From a virus (Duplodnaviria > Caudoviricetes): a stretch of DNA of 36,068 bases. The notes beneath the pieces were generated by a model. That model made no database searches. It saw only the letters and a program-made list of their open reading frames with translations, and was not told where the DNA came from. Numbering within the stretch: position 1 is the first letter of the stretch; every line of letters begins with the position of its first letter. The DNA lies in IMG/VR virus record IMGVR_UViG_3300027659_000102, positions 1 through 36,068 of that record; one strand, given 5' to 3'. Below are positions 27,001 to 34,667 of this stretch, in pieces. The position numbers were made by a program, and so were the translations under genes.

Positions 27001-27536
27001 CAGTTTTCTATGAGGATATATGGAATGTTTTTGCCTGATGGAAAATACGCTTTGACTAGTGTCATGAATTCATCCCATTGCGATGGATGAATTGTTTGGC
27101 ATCCCTCTGATGATGTTGTATTGAATCCACCTTTGTGAATATTGATGCCAAAAAATCCTTTGTGCTCTGTTTCTGTGACATCCCTTTTGACAGTCACAGT
27201 TTCTTCCTGCACTAATGCTTCGTATTGCTTTGATTTTTCTTTTGACACACCATGAATTCCAATCTTGTATTCATATTTGCCAGCTTTCAATGATGCAAGA
27301 CCTTTGCCAATTTTGTGATTCATGCCATGCCTTGATGGATCTGTATTGCCATTGAATGCAAATGCCAAATTTGCTTCAACAATATAGATTGCATCATCAT
27401 ATACGCCTCTATCATTCACACCCTTTTTGCCAAATTCATCTTTGAAATATCCCCTGATTCCAACAATACATGGGAATGATGTGCCTGATGGCAATTTGCT
27501 GATGATTTGCCCTCTTGATAATCTTGGTCTTGTCAT
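27000..27536 (-). CDS. Putative peptidoglycan enzyme with YkuD/L,D-transpeptidase-like His-Cys motif (candidate endolysin)
   Basis: IVGIRG, YDDAI and GINIHKGG...SEGCQTI; directly after two holin-like genes. Confidence 0.7.
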   Translation of the reverse strand: MTRPRLSRGQIISKLPSGTSFPCIVGIRGYFKDEFGKKGVNDRGVYDDAIYIVEANLAFAFNGNTDPSRHGMNHKIGKGLASLKAGKYEYKIGIHGVSKEKSKQYEALVQEETVTVKRDVTETEHKGFFGINIHKGGFNTTSSEGCQTIHPSQWDEFMTLVKAYFPSGKNIPYILIEN

Positions 27537-27775
27537 TGTTCAAGTTCTCCAAACATCTGTGAAATGAATGTGCCACCAACTGTCATCACCAAACACAAAA
27601 GTGCTATTCTTTCATATTCCATTATGTAGCAAATACCCGCGCCCGCTGTGCCTGATGCTGCAATGGCAATTCCAAGCCGTTTCATTGCCTGTGGTGTTGT
27701 CAATTTGAGTCCCTTGAATCCAAATAAGACTTTTTTGCTTTCACGCTTCCTGCGAGGTTTTGGCACATCAGTCAT
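27533..27775 (-). CDS. Holin-like protein (2 TM)
   Basis: Basic N-terminus and two hydrophobic helices; start moved to ATG 27775. Confidence 0.65.
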   Translation of the reverse strand: MTDVPKPRRKRESKKVLFGFKGLKLTTPQAMKRLGIAIAASGTAGAGICYIMEYERIALLCLVMTVGGTFISQMFGELEQ

Positions 27776-28070
27776 GTTGATTGCCTTTGATGTTTGCAAT
27801 GGCAATGAACAATTGATCCAATCTTTTGTTCAATGAATTATTCAAATCCTGAATTGCTTTTGTGTTCTCGGCTTGTATGTCTTCAATTTCTCGGACTCTT
27901 GATTCAATGTGACTCACTTGAAATGCCTTTTGTGTTGCATCTCGGATTGTGTCTGCAATCAATTTTGCATTGCTCACATCCCTTTTGTGCAAATAACGAA
28001 ACAGCATAAACATCAAAGTGACAACAGATACCAATGATGCCAATATATTTTTCAAAATCTCAAATTCCAT
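27768..28070 (-). CDS. Holin/antiholin-like membrane protein
   Basis: One N-terminal TM helix plus coiled coil; first gene of the late operon. Confidence 0.6.
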   Translation of the reverse strand: MEFEILKNILASLVSVVTLMFMLFRYLHKRDVSNAKLIADTIRDATQKAFQVSHIESRVREIEDIQAENTKAIQDLNNSLNKRLDQLFIAIANIKGNQHD

Positions 28071-28092
28071 TGCCTTATTTCATATTAAATTA

Positions 28093-28175
28093 TCAGGGCA
28101 TCCCAAATGAATGAAACGCCCTGACAGGGCATAGGGATGATGAAATGGATGACCATTCACAGTGGTGAATTTCGT
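28093..28175 (-). promoter_or_regulatory. Structured leader upstream of the lysis/late operon
   Basis: ATGCCCTG occurs twice around a complementary CAGGGCGT; additional CATCCC/GGGATG and ATTCAC/GTGAAT pairings. Confidence 0.45.
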
Positions 28176-28227
28176 GAATTCAGGAATGCAAAATGAAATT
28201 GTGGAAAAATAAATTTGGAATGCACAT

Positions 28228-28261
28228 AAAAAAAGCATAGCAATTTTTCTGCTATGCTTTT
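28228..28261. terminator. Bidirectional intrinsic terminator at the end of the middle operon
   Basis: Perfect 12-bp inverted repeat AAAAGCATAGCA / TGCTATGCTTTT with a 7-nt loop; T7 tail on the minus strand. Confidence 0.8.
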
Positions 28262-28294
28262 CTACTGAAATTTGATTCAAAGTCCCCACATCAA

Positions 28295-28483
28295 TTACGA
28301 TGTGCCACATGTATCATTGGTGTCAATATTTTGCGTGTCTGAATGCATCGCATAAATTATCCTAAGTGCTGTGGAGTCTGCATCTTGTCTTGACATCTTA
28401 GCATCAAATTCCAATATGCCTGCAATTTCATCAAATAATTCATCATAACCATCAGGAATTGAATATTGTGGAATAATCATCAA
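28295..28483 (-). CDS. Small phage protein
   Basis: FDEIAGILEFDAKMSRQDAD resembles the widespread EERAAIxEFDGGxSRxEAE phage motif. Confidence 0.65.
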   Translation of the reverse strand: MMIIPQYSIPDGYDELFDEIAGILEFDAKMSRQDADSTALRIIYAMHSDTQNIDTNDTCGTS

Positions 28484-29052
28484 TGATGCCTTCCGATTAT
28501 GTCACTTGAATATCCAATCTTGATGTCATTTTCTATGCAGTATTTTTCGCATGATTTGATAAATGAAAAATCTGCTGAATATTCCAAAACATTCCATTCA
28601 AATTTCTGTGCAATATCTTTTCTCACTACAAAATTCAATGAATCAATTGCACCTAATTCAATTTCATTTTCTCTTGGTATGATTGATGCTGTATTGTGCC
28701 ATATCCTGAATATCATGATGCCATGATTGTCAATTGAATCCTTTGCTGCTTTCAAATAGTGTGGTAATATGGAATTATCATCATCCAAAAATATCAAGTA
28801 TTCACCTTTTGCATCCTGAATCAATTTGTTTCTTTGCTTACTTCCATAATAGCATTTGCCATCCCTTTCAACATGACTATATTTGATGCGTTTGTCTTTG
28901 TAGGATTTGACACATTGTTCATCTGATGCACTGTGACCATCAGAACAAATCAAATGTTCATATTTTTGGTATGTCTGTGCCCTCACTGATTCAATACATC
29001 TAACAAGTTCCGATGGTCTTGAATATGTTGGTGTAATGATGCTGAATTTCAT
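28480..29052 (-). CDS. GT2-family glycosyltransferase
   Basis: FSIITPTYSR, CIESVRAQT, ICSDG, AKGEYLIFLDDDN and YSADFSF; ATG 29052 overlaps the upstream TGA. Confidence 0.93.
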   Translation of the reverse strand: MKFSIITPTYSRPSELVRCIESVRAQTYQKYEHLICSDGHSASDEQCVKSYKDKRIKYSHVERDGKCYYGSKQRNKLIQDAKGEYLIFLDDDNSILPHYLKAAKDSIDNHGIMIFRIWHNTASIIPRENEIELGAIDSLNFVVRKDIAQKFEWNVLEYSADFSFIKSCEKYCIENDIKIGYSSDIIGRHH

Positions 29053-29255
29053 TTCCAATTTGCCCTTTCAAATCTTATTGCATACCTTCCATCATTCATC
29101 TTTGCCACATAAACACACCTGAAAACCTCGACACGCCTCCAAAACCTATGAATGCATAGTTCATTCAGGTATGGTGTGTTTTCCCTCTCTGTGGTGCCTT
29201 CAATTGCATCCAATGTAATCTTTGATGGATATATATAATTTGAAACAGGAATCAT
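29049..29255 (-). CDS. Hypothetical protein, 68 aa
   Basis: ATGA overlaps at both ends. Confidence 0.65.
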   Translation of the reverse strand: MIPVSNYIYPSKITLDAIEGTTERENTPYLNELCIHRFWRRVEVFRCVYVAKMNDGRYAIRFERANWK

Positions 29256-29428
29256 TCTGCAAAGACTTTGAATGTATTGATGAATTCACCACTAACCTTG
29301 TATAGCAAGACTGCCATTGTTGCACAAACCAATGTGATAAGACTCCAAATAATTTCAACAGCATTTGCATCGAGCCATTTGCCAAATCTTTTCAAATATT
29401 CTGTTGTTTTTCTTGTCAATGTTTTCAT
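29252..29428 (-). CDS. Small membrane protein, 58 aa
   Basis: Read manually: MKTLTRKTTEYLKRFGKWLDANAVEIIWSLITLVCATMAVLLYKVSGEFINTFKVFAE; AGGA upstream. Confidence 0.7.
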   Translation of the reverse strand: MKTLTRKTTEYLKRFGKWLDANAVEIIWSLITLVCATMAVLLYKVSGEFINTFKVFAE

Positions 29429-29451
29429 ATCAAATTCCTGAATAATGATTC

Positions 29452-29492
29452 AAAATAAAACCTTGCCAAATTCCACTGATATTCGACAAGGC
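29452..29492 (-). terminator. Intrinsic terminator
   Basis: GCCTTGTCGAAT...ATTTGGCAAGGT 12-bp stem (its G-U pairs work only on the minus strand) followed by TTTATTTT. Confidence 0.72.
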
Positions 29493-29531
29493 TTGGAGCA
29501 TAACATGAGAAAAACCAAACCACACAAAACC
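29452..29531 (-). ncRNA. Candidate 3'-UTR-derived base-pairing sRNA
   Basis: Unpaired UCAUGUUAUGCUCCAA directly 5' of a terminator hairpin, complementary to the RBS+AUG of several phage genes. Confidence 0.35.
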
Positions 29532-29696
29532 CTATGCCTGATTTTCTGTTTCATCCCAATTTAATGCAAAGTAATATGCCAATTGACTAACTTCCAAAGG
29601 TGTCAATTCATGTCCATCAATGACAAACATTTGCGGATTTTTCAATTCTTCGCAATACAATGTGCCATCCTCTAATTCACTACAATTCAAATTCAT
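29532..29696 (-). CDS. Hypothetical acidic protein, 54 aa
   Basis: Read manually: MNLNCSELEDGTLYCEELKNPQMFVIDGHELTPLEVSQLAYYFALNWDETENQA; overlaps the upstream gene end. Confidence 0.6.
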   Translation of the reverse strand: MNLNCSELEDGTLYCEELKNPQMFVIDGHELTPLEVSQLAYYFALNWDETENQA

Positions 29697-29943
29697 TCAT
29701 GTCACCATTTATTGCGTTGATTGATTCCAAATAATTATCTGCCGTCTTTTTAGCTCTTGATTCTGATTTTGTATTTAATGGAATATTGACAGGCATTGGA
29801 GCATTCACACCATAGACACGCAAAATGAATTTGCCATCATCCTGCTTTTTCAAAACGGCTTTGAAATAGCAATCATGTACGCCACCTGACTTGATGATGG
29901 CATTCATTTCGGGAAGCCATAAAGAATCTTGATTCTTTGCCAT
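29680..29943 (-). CDS. Hypothetical protein
   Basis: Start moved to ATG 29943, after the stop of the SSB-like gene. Confidence 0.65.
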   Translation of the reverse strand: MAKNQDSLWLPEMNAIIKSGGVHDCYFKAVLKKQDDGKFILRVYGVNAPMPVNIPLNTKSESRAKKTADNYLESINAINGDMNEFEL

Positions 29944-29956
29944 GTGCAAATTTATC

Positions 29957-30292
29957 TTAAAATGGTGCTGTGAGATGCTGTATGCTGTTATCACGGAATT
30001 CTGCCTGTTCATATCGAATATCCCATGCCACTACTGTATTCATCTGTCCTTTTGTGCCATCTTTCTTCTGATATACTCTGCCACGCAAATCACATTTTGC
30101 AAAGACTTGACTGCCAATTCTTGCACCATCTAATTTTGCGCATGTTTGTCCTGTTGCTTCGCATTTGATGTATTGCAAATAATTTCCATTTGGAATTTCA
30201 AGAATGAAATCTCGCTTTGAAAATTTGTCTGATATTTGCTGTGTGCCTGATAATTCATGCAATGTTCCGTTTAACTCTAATGATAACGACAT
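29957..30292 (-). CDS. DUF3127-family OB-fold protein (SSB-like)
   Basis: LELNGTL, FSKRDFILE, CDLRGRVY and NTVVAWDI, with an SSB-like C-terminal PF; start moved to ATG 30292. Confidence 0.82.
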   Translation of the reverse strand: MSLSLELNGTLHELSGTQQISDKFSKRDFILEIPNGNYLQYIKCEATGQTCAKLDGARIGSQVFAKCDLRGRVYQKKDGTKGQMNTVVAWDIRYEQAEFRDNSIQHLTAPF

Positions 30293-30293
30293 T

Positions 30294-30419
30294 TCAATAA
30301 GTCCTGAAATATTCATATAAAAACAACAATTCTTTGACGGCATGAATCGTGACTGCAGTGCATAATGATATGATTGCCATGCCCAACATCACATCAATCC
30401 ATTTTGGTCTTTTGTCCAT
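30294..30419 (-). CDS. Small membrane protein, 41 aa
   Basis: Read manually: MDKRPKWIDVMLGMAIISLCTAVTIHAVKELLFLYEYFRTY; GAGG RBS; fills the gap after GH19. Confidence 0.65.
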   Translation of the reverse strand: MDKRPKWIDVMLGMAIISLCTAVTIHAVKELLFLYEYFRTY

Positions 30420-30428
30420 TCTGCATCC

Positions 30429-31031
30429 TCACTGTATGTTCAACAACTGATAGTAATATACCAACATTTTGTACCGTGCTTGCAAACCAAGTTTTCCACC
30501 ATTGACTTTTTTTGTGACCTTTTCACAAACTTCAAATGTTGCGCCTTTGTCTGCAATGGAATTCAAATCTGCTGAATGCCAAAACCATCCTGCACTATAC
30601 AATGGATATTTTGTTGCAATCAAATCAGGATTGTCAACAATATCTTCATCCAAATAATTGTCAAGAATGATATACTTGTTTTTACCTGTGCATTGGATGT
30701 ATCCCCTGCCACGATACCGGAATCCATCACCACTTGATTCATCACCATTGCCAAGTCTATTTGCATAGACCTTATTGCCAATTCTCTCAGGGTGCATTGC
30801 ATATCCTTTCGTATCATCCAATGATTTGAAATGCCTTGGAAAAACTTGCAATAATCTTGCTGCTGAATATTTCATGTTTTCCGTTGTGCTTTTGAATCCA
30901 CCTGATTCATGATGGCATTGTGACAGAAAATGTGACATCCGTAGTGGTGTGTCAATTTGATAGTTCTTGATGATTGATGGCAATTCATCCAATACTCTTT
31001 TGGGTAGTTTTGTCAATTGTGCAATGTTCAT
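30429..31031 (-). CDS. Glycoside hydrolase family 19 endolysin
   Basis: HFLSQCHHESGGF, ENMKYSA, GDGFRYRGRGYIQCTGKNKY, SAGWFW and VTKKVNGG. Confidence 0.93.
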   Translation of the reverse strand: MNIAQLTKLPKRVLDELPSIIKNYQIDTPLRMSHFLSQCHHESGGFKSTTENMKYSAARLLQVFPRHFKSLDDTKGYAMHPERIGNKVYANRLGNGDESSGDGFRYRGRGYIQCTGKNKYIILDNYLDEDIVDNPDLIATKYPLYSAGWFWHSADLNSIADKGATFEVCEKVTKKVNGGKLGLQARYKMLVYYYQLLNIQ

Positions 31032-31294
31032 TTTGCTATTCCAAAGTTATCTTTTTCATTTTTAATTTTAATTTCTTTCAATACAGAAATTTCATTTAGT
31101 CTTTCATAGACTTCATGAATATTTCCATGCAAATGAAATTCACTGCCATCTGTCATTGTAATTACGCAAAATTCAGAATCATTTGCCAATGGCGTATCTC
31201 TATACTGTGACTGACCTGAATCAACACATACAATATAGTCAAGATTAACTAATGCAACCTCTTTGTTTGTCTGAATAATTTTGACAAGTCTCAT
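31028..31294 (-). CDS. Hypothetical protein, FlbD-like pattern
   Basis: LVNLDYIVCV..CVITMTDGSEFHLHGNIHEVYERL; start moved to ATG 31294 (ATGA overlap). Confidence 0.55.
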   Translation of the reverse strand: MRLVKIIQTNKEVALVNLDYIVCVDSGQSQYRDTPLANDSEFCVITMTDGSEFHLHGNIHEVYERLNEISVLKEIKIKNEKDNFGIAK

Positions 31295-31797
31295 GCTGAT
31301 GTTCCAAAAAATAGTTTGTATTCTTTTACCATAAATTTCCATACTGACAATTCATCTTTCAATGGTTGTATTTCTTTTTCATATTTCTTCGCAAGTTCGA
31401 TTGCATGAACAATTGATTTTGGCGCACTTTTGCCCGTGTGCTCACACCATGCATCGAGCGTTTCAATATGGCTCGGAGTGACAAGGCGCACAAACTTATC
31501 TGCATGTTCTGTTTGCTTTTCACTTGCATCCGTTTTGTGTCTGCCTCTTTTCAATTTTCTTTTTTCATTTTCTATCAAATCCAAACGAATCAATGAAATT
31601 CCTGTGACATGTGGACTCAATACCCTTGCAAAGTTTATCACATCCATATTGCCTGATAAGATGTCAAATGTTTCTTTGTCTTTTGATTCAAGTTCAACCA
31701 TGCCATTATCAATCCTTTTGAATGCTCTGTAAAAAGCATTTCGCGTTTCTTCGGGAATTTCATAATACTTTGTTTTGAATTCTTCTGCTTCCATCAT
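31291..31797 (-). CDS. Hypothetical protein
   Basis: Start moved to ATG 31797 (GGAGCA RBS, ATGA overlap). Confidence 0.7.
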   Translation of the reverse strand: MMEAEEFKTKYYEIPEETRNAFYRAFKRIDNGMVELESKDKETFDILSGNMDVINFARVLSPHVTGISLIRLDLIENEKRKLKRGRHKTDASEKQTEHADKFVRLVTPSHIETLDAWCEHTGKSAPKSIVHAIELAKKYEKEIQPLKDELSVWKFMVKEYKLFFGTSA

Positions 31798-32129
31798 GCT
31801 ATTTGCTCCAAACAATTTTGAATGATTTTGTATGTTTCTTCTTTCTTGATTTGCTGTGGTGTGAATCTCAAAACACGCCACCCTGCTTCTGCTGCCAAAT
31901 TGTATTTTTCCATATCCTTGACATACCCACTGCCACGGGTGTGCCTTCCTTGAATCCAAACACCGCCTTCAATTTCAACTGCAAGTTTTTCATCAATCCA
32001 TGCAAAGTCAAATCTGAATTTTCGTTTGTCCATGAATTTGAATTCCTGCTGTGGTGATGGAATCTTGAATGATCTGCATAATGCCATGAAAAGAATTGCA
32101 TTTGATTTTTCTTTTTGCCTTCCTACCAT
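31794..32129 (-). CDS. DUF559/Vsr-like PD-(D/E)XK endonuclease
   Basis: RKFRFDFAW, LAVEIEGG, GRHTRG, DMEKYN and GWRVLRFT. Confidence 0.88.
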   Translation of the reverse strand: MVGRQKEKSNAILFMALCRSFKIPSPQQEFKFMDKRKFRFDFAWIDEKLAVEIEGGVWIQGRHTRGSGYVKDMEKYNLAAEAGWRVLRFTPQQIKKEETYKIIQNCLEQIA

Positions 32130-33844
32130 TGAACCCCCTCAAATGATTTGACTTCTGAATATGATTGTGTGAATGTGTCATATTCAAATGGAATGCCTTG
32201 TTTGTTTACTTTGCCAATATACTTATTCTTGACTTTTGCAATCATGATTCTTGCAAGTGATTTGCCATCAGGTTCAAAGTCTCTATGCACAATCATGATG
32301 TTATGTGGAATGTTGTAAAAATTGGATGAACCTGAAATTGAATAAGGTGTTGGTATTTCAAAGTTTCCAAAGTGATCCAATGATTGCATCTTTTTTGGAT
32401 GTGCAATCAAGACAATGTGAATCCCAGTTTTCATTGCAAACATTCTCATTTTAGCAAGCATTCTTCCAACATACAAATTTTCTGTTTCACCTTTTTGCAT
32501 TTGCATTTCTAAATTATTCCAAGGGTCAATGACAAGCAAATTGATTCCAAATCTACGCAAGAGCAATCTAGCCGTTGCCAAAACATCATCAAGTGCAAAT
32601 GTTTCTGAATCAGGCATGATATAAAAAACATTTTTTGCAATCCATTCCATTGCCTTTTGCATTGTTTCTTTTGACATCCTGTTGTGTGTGCCATTCTCAA
32701 ATGATTGTTTTGTAAATATCTCACAAAGGCGAATAAGCCAAATTTCAGGTGATGGATTTTCAGGTGAAAATACTGCTGTTTTCCATCCTGCATTTTGAGC
32801 CAATGCAATTGTAATATGGTCAATGAAATTTGACTTACCGAATGATGGAACGCCTGTCACTACTGTCAATTGTCCTGTGTGCCATGTGAAATGATTATCA
32901 AAGCGCGGAAAAATTCCTGTTGTTGCACCATCTTGGAATCCATGTTCATAAATGTCATTCATGCTGTGAATGAAATCTGTTGCCAATTTCACACCTTCAA
33001 TTGGGTATGCTTCTGCCTTTGCAATGCATCCAATCAATTCAACTTGACCATCAGGCAATTTCAGGACATCATTTGCATCTTTGCATCCATCAGGAAAACG
33101 GACAATTCTGCATCTGTCTTTTCCAAAACGCCGTGCTAATTCTTCGCATAATCTTCTGCCAACTGCATCATTGTCAACTGCAATGTATATTTCATTGATG
33201 CCATCAAAATAATCAATGCAATTATCAACATAACTCATTTTTTGAGTCACATTTTTTGCATCAGGATTGATACCACCTTCAGGAACGGAAACAACATTAG
33301 TAATTCCTGCCTGAACAAATGACAATGCATCAATTTCACCTTCACAGATGATAGCATATTTGGCATCTCTGATGGCATCTAAGCGATAAAAACATTTGTA
33401 CCCATCCTTTGATTGCCTGAATTCCTTTTGGCTCAATCCACGGTATTTGACATTGACAATTTCATTTTCAATTTGATAGGGAAATGCAATCCATTCTTTG
33501 CCGTATGCACTTACTGTGACTATCTTTTCTGATTCCAACACATCTTTTGTGATGCCTCGCGACTTGAAATATTCAACCATCGCATCTGATTTTGTATCAT
33601 TGTGGAATCTTACTGCCTGTGGTTTAGGTGCATCCTGCCATGTTTTCCTTGCATCTTTTTCTTTGATTCCACCTGACCATGCACAATGATGGCAAAGCCA
33701 TGTTTTATCATCAACATTCACAGAGAGACATTTTTCATTTGGGTGGTTTTGCCTGCTGTGTGAACATTCAGGACACAATGTCCTTTGCTGTCCACCCGCT
33801 CGCAAATCAATGCCTTTGATTCCATAATCAATAAACAGATTCAT
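32123..33844 (-). CDS. Bifunctional primase-helicase (T7 gp4/Twinkle-like)
   Basis: Zn finger CPEC..CHHC; TOPRIM CEGEIDALS, AVDNDAVG, CKDAND; SF4 helicase TGVPSFGKS, LVIDPWN, LIAHP, ISGS. Confidence 0.95.
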   Translation of the reverse strand: MNLFIDYGIKGIDLRAGGQQRTLCPECSHSRQNHPNEKCLSVNVDDKTWLCHHCAWSGGIKEKDARKTWQDAPKPQAVRFHNDTKSDAMVEYFKSRGITKDVLESEKIVTVSAYGKEWIAFPYQIENEIVNVKYRGLSQKEFRQSKDGYKCFYRLDAIRDAKYAIICEGEIDALSFVQAGITNVVSVPEGGINPDAKNVTQKMSYVDNCIDYFDGINEIYIAVDNDAVGRRLCEELARRFGKDRCRIVRFPDGCKDANDVLKLPDGQVELIGCIAKAEAYPIEGVKLATDFIHSMNDIYEHGFQDGATTGIFPRFDNHFTWHTGQLTVVTGVPSFGKSNFIDHITIALAQNAGWKTAVFSPENPSPEIWLIRLCEIFTKQSFENGTHNRMSKETMQKAMEWIAKNVFYIMPDSETFALDDVLATARLLLRRFGINLLVIDPWNNLEMQMQKGETENLYVGRMLAKMRMFAMKTGIHIVLIAHPKKMQSLDHFGNFEIPTPYSISGSSNFYNIPHNIMIVHRDFEPDGKSLARIMIAKVKNKYIGKVNKQGIPFEYDTFTQSYSEVKSFEGVQW

Positions 33845-33969
33845 TTTCGTTTTCCTTTTTCAAATATGTATTCCAAAAATAGCAATGTTGCCGTAATGAT
33901 TGCACCTGATCCAAGAATTGCAAGTGCTGTCAACATTGTCCAATATATCAATTCAATCACAAATGACAT
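33841..33969 (-). CDS. Small membrane protein, 42 aa
   Basis: Read manually: MSFVIELIYWTMLTALAILGSGAIITATLLFLEYIFEKGKRK; ATGA overlap with the primase start. Confidence 0.65.
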   Translation of the reverse strand: MSFVIELIYWTMLTALAILGSGAIITATLLFLEYIFEKGKRK

Positions 33970-34667
33970 TGTTCTAATTTCCGATAATATGATGGATGGT
34001 TTTCTTTGATGTAATTTAGTGAATTTGCAATTTCAATTTCAGGGCTTTGCATTGATTGACTTCCAACATGATGAACATACGCTGTTGACACAATATTGTG
34101 CATTCCTTTTTCTTGCATCATCATGCATTGAATATCATCAGAGTACCAATTTATAGGCAAAAAATCAATCCATGAATCACGATGGATTGCAGCGCAAATT
34201 GGAGCAATGATATCCGTTTCAACTGCTGTCTTTTCATGTGCAAATTTTAACCCTTCCATGATTCCATTTGCCTGCCATCTTATGTTTTGAATTCCTGCTG
34301 AAAAATCATTTCGACACGCTACCCATCCAAGAGCATTTCCAATGCCATCATGCAAATATGAATATTCATGATTTAGGATTGTATATGTATCGGGATGGAA
34401 AACAATATCATCATTGCACACAATAATTGATTCATGCTTTTCAAATGCTCTTTTGCAAATGAAATTGTAAGCATCACCAAAGTTTGTTGCATCCGATTTG
34501 ACAAGATGCATTTTGTGCACTCTTGAATGATAATCCATCAATGCAATTCCATTGTGAGCAATGTATATTTCAACATCAGGTGGAATGTACTGTTCAATGC
34601 TTTTCATCATGACAGGCAATCGTTTGCCCTTGATTGTTGATATCACAATTGCTGATAGTTTATTCAT
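33957..34667 (-). CDS. GT2/GT-A fold glycosyltransferase
   Basis: NFGDAYN, IIVCNDDIVF, WYSDDIQC and YVHHVGSQS motifs. Confidence 0.85.
   Translation of the reverse strand: MNKLSAIVISTIKGKRLPVMMKSIEQYIPPDVEIYIAHNGIALMDYHSRVHKMHLVKSDATNFGDAYNFICKRAFEKHESIIVCNDDIVFHPDTYTILNHEYSYLHDGIGNALGWVACRNDFSAGIQNIRWQANGIMEGLKFAHEKTAVETDIIAPICAAIHRDSWIDFLPINWYSDDIQCMMMQEKGMHNIVSTAYVHHVGSQSMQSPEIEIANSLNYIKENHPSYYRKLEQCHL

Noticed and set aside
28200-28208. DnaA box TTTTCCACA upstream of the late operon
   Set aside because: A single degenerate 9-mer; equivalent matches occur inside genes (e.g. near 4646 and 16033).
28080-28310. 76-aa minus-strand ORF in the intergenic region
   Set aside because: It runs through a strong terminator and structured leader, with no convincing RBS or protein features.
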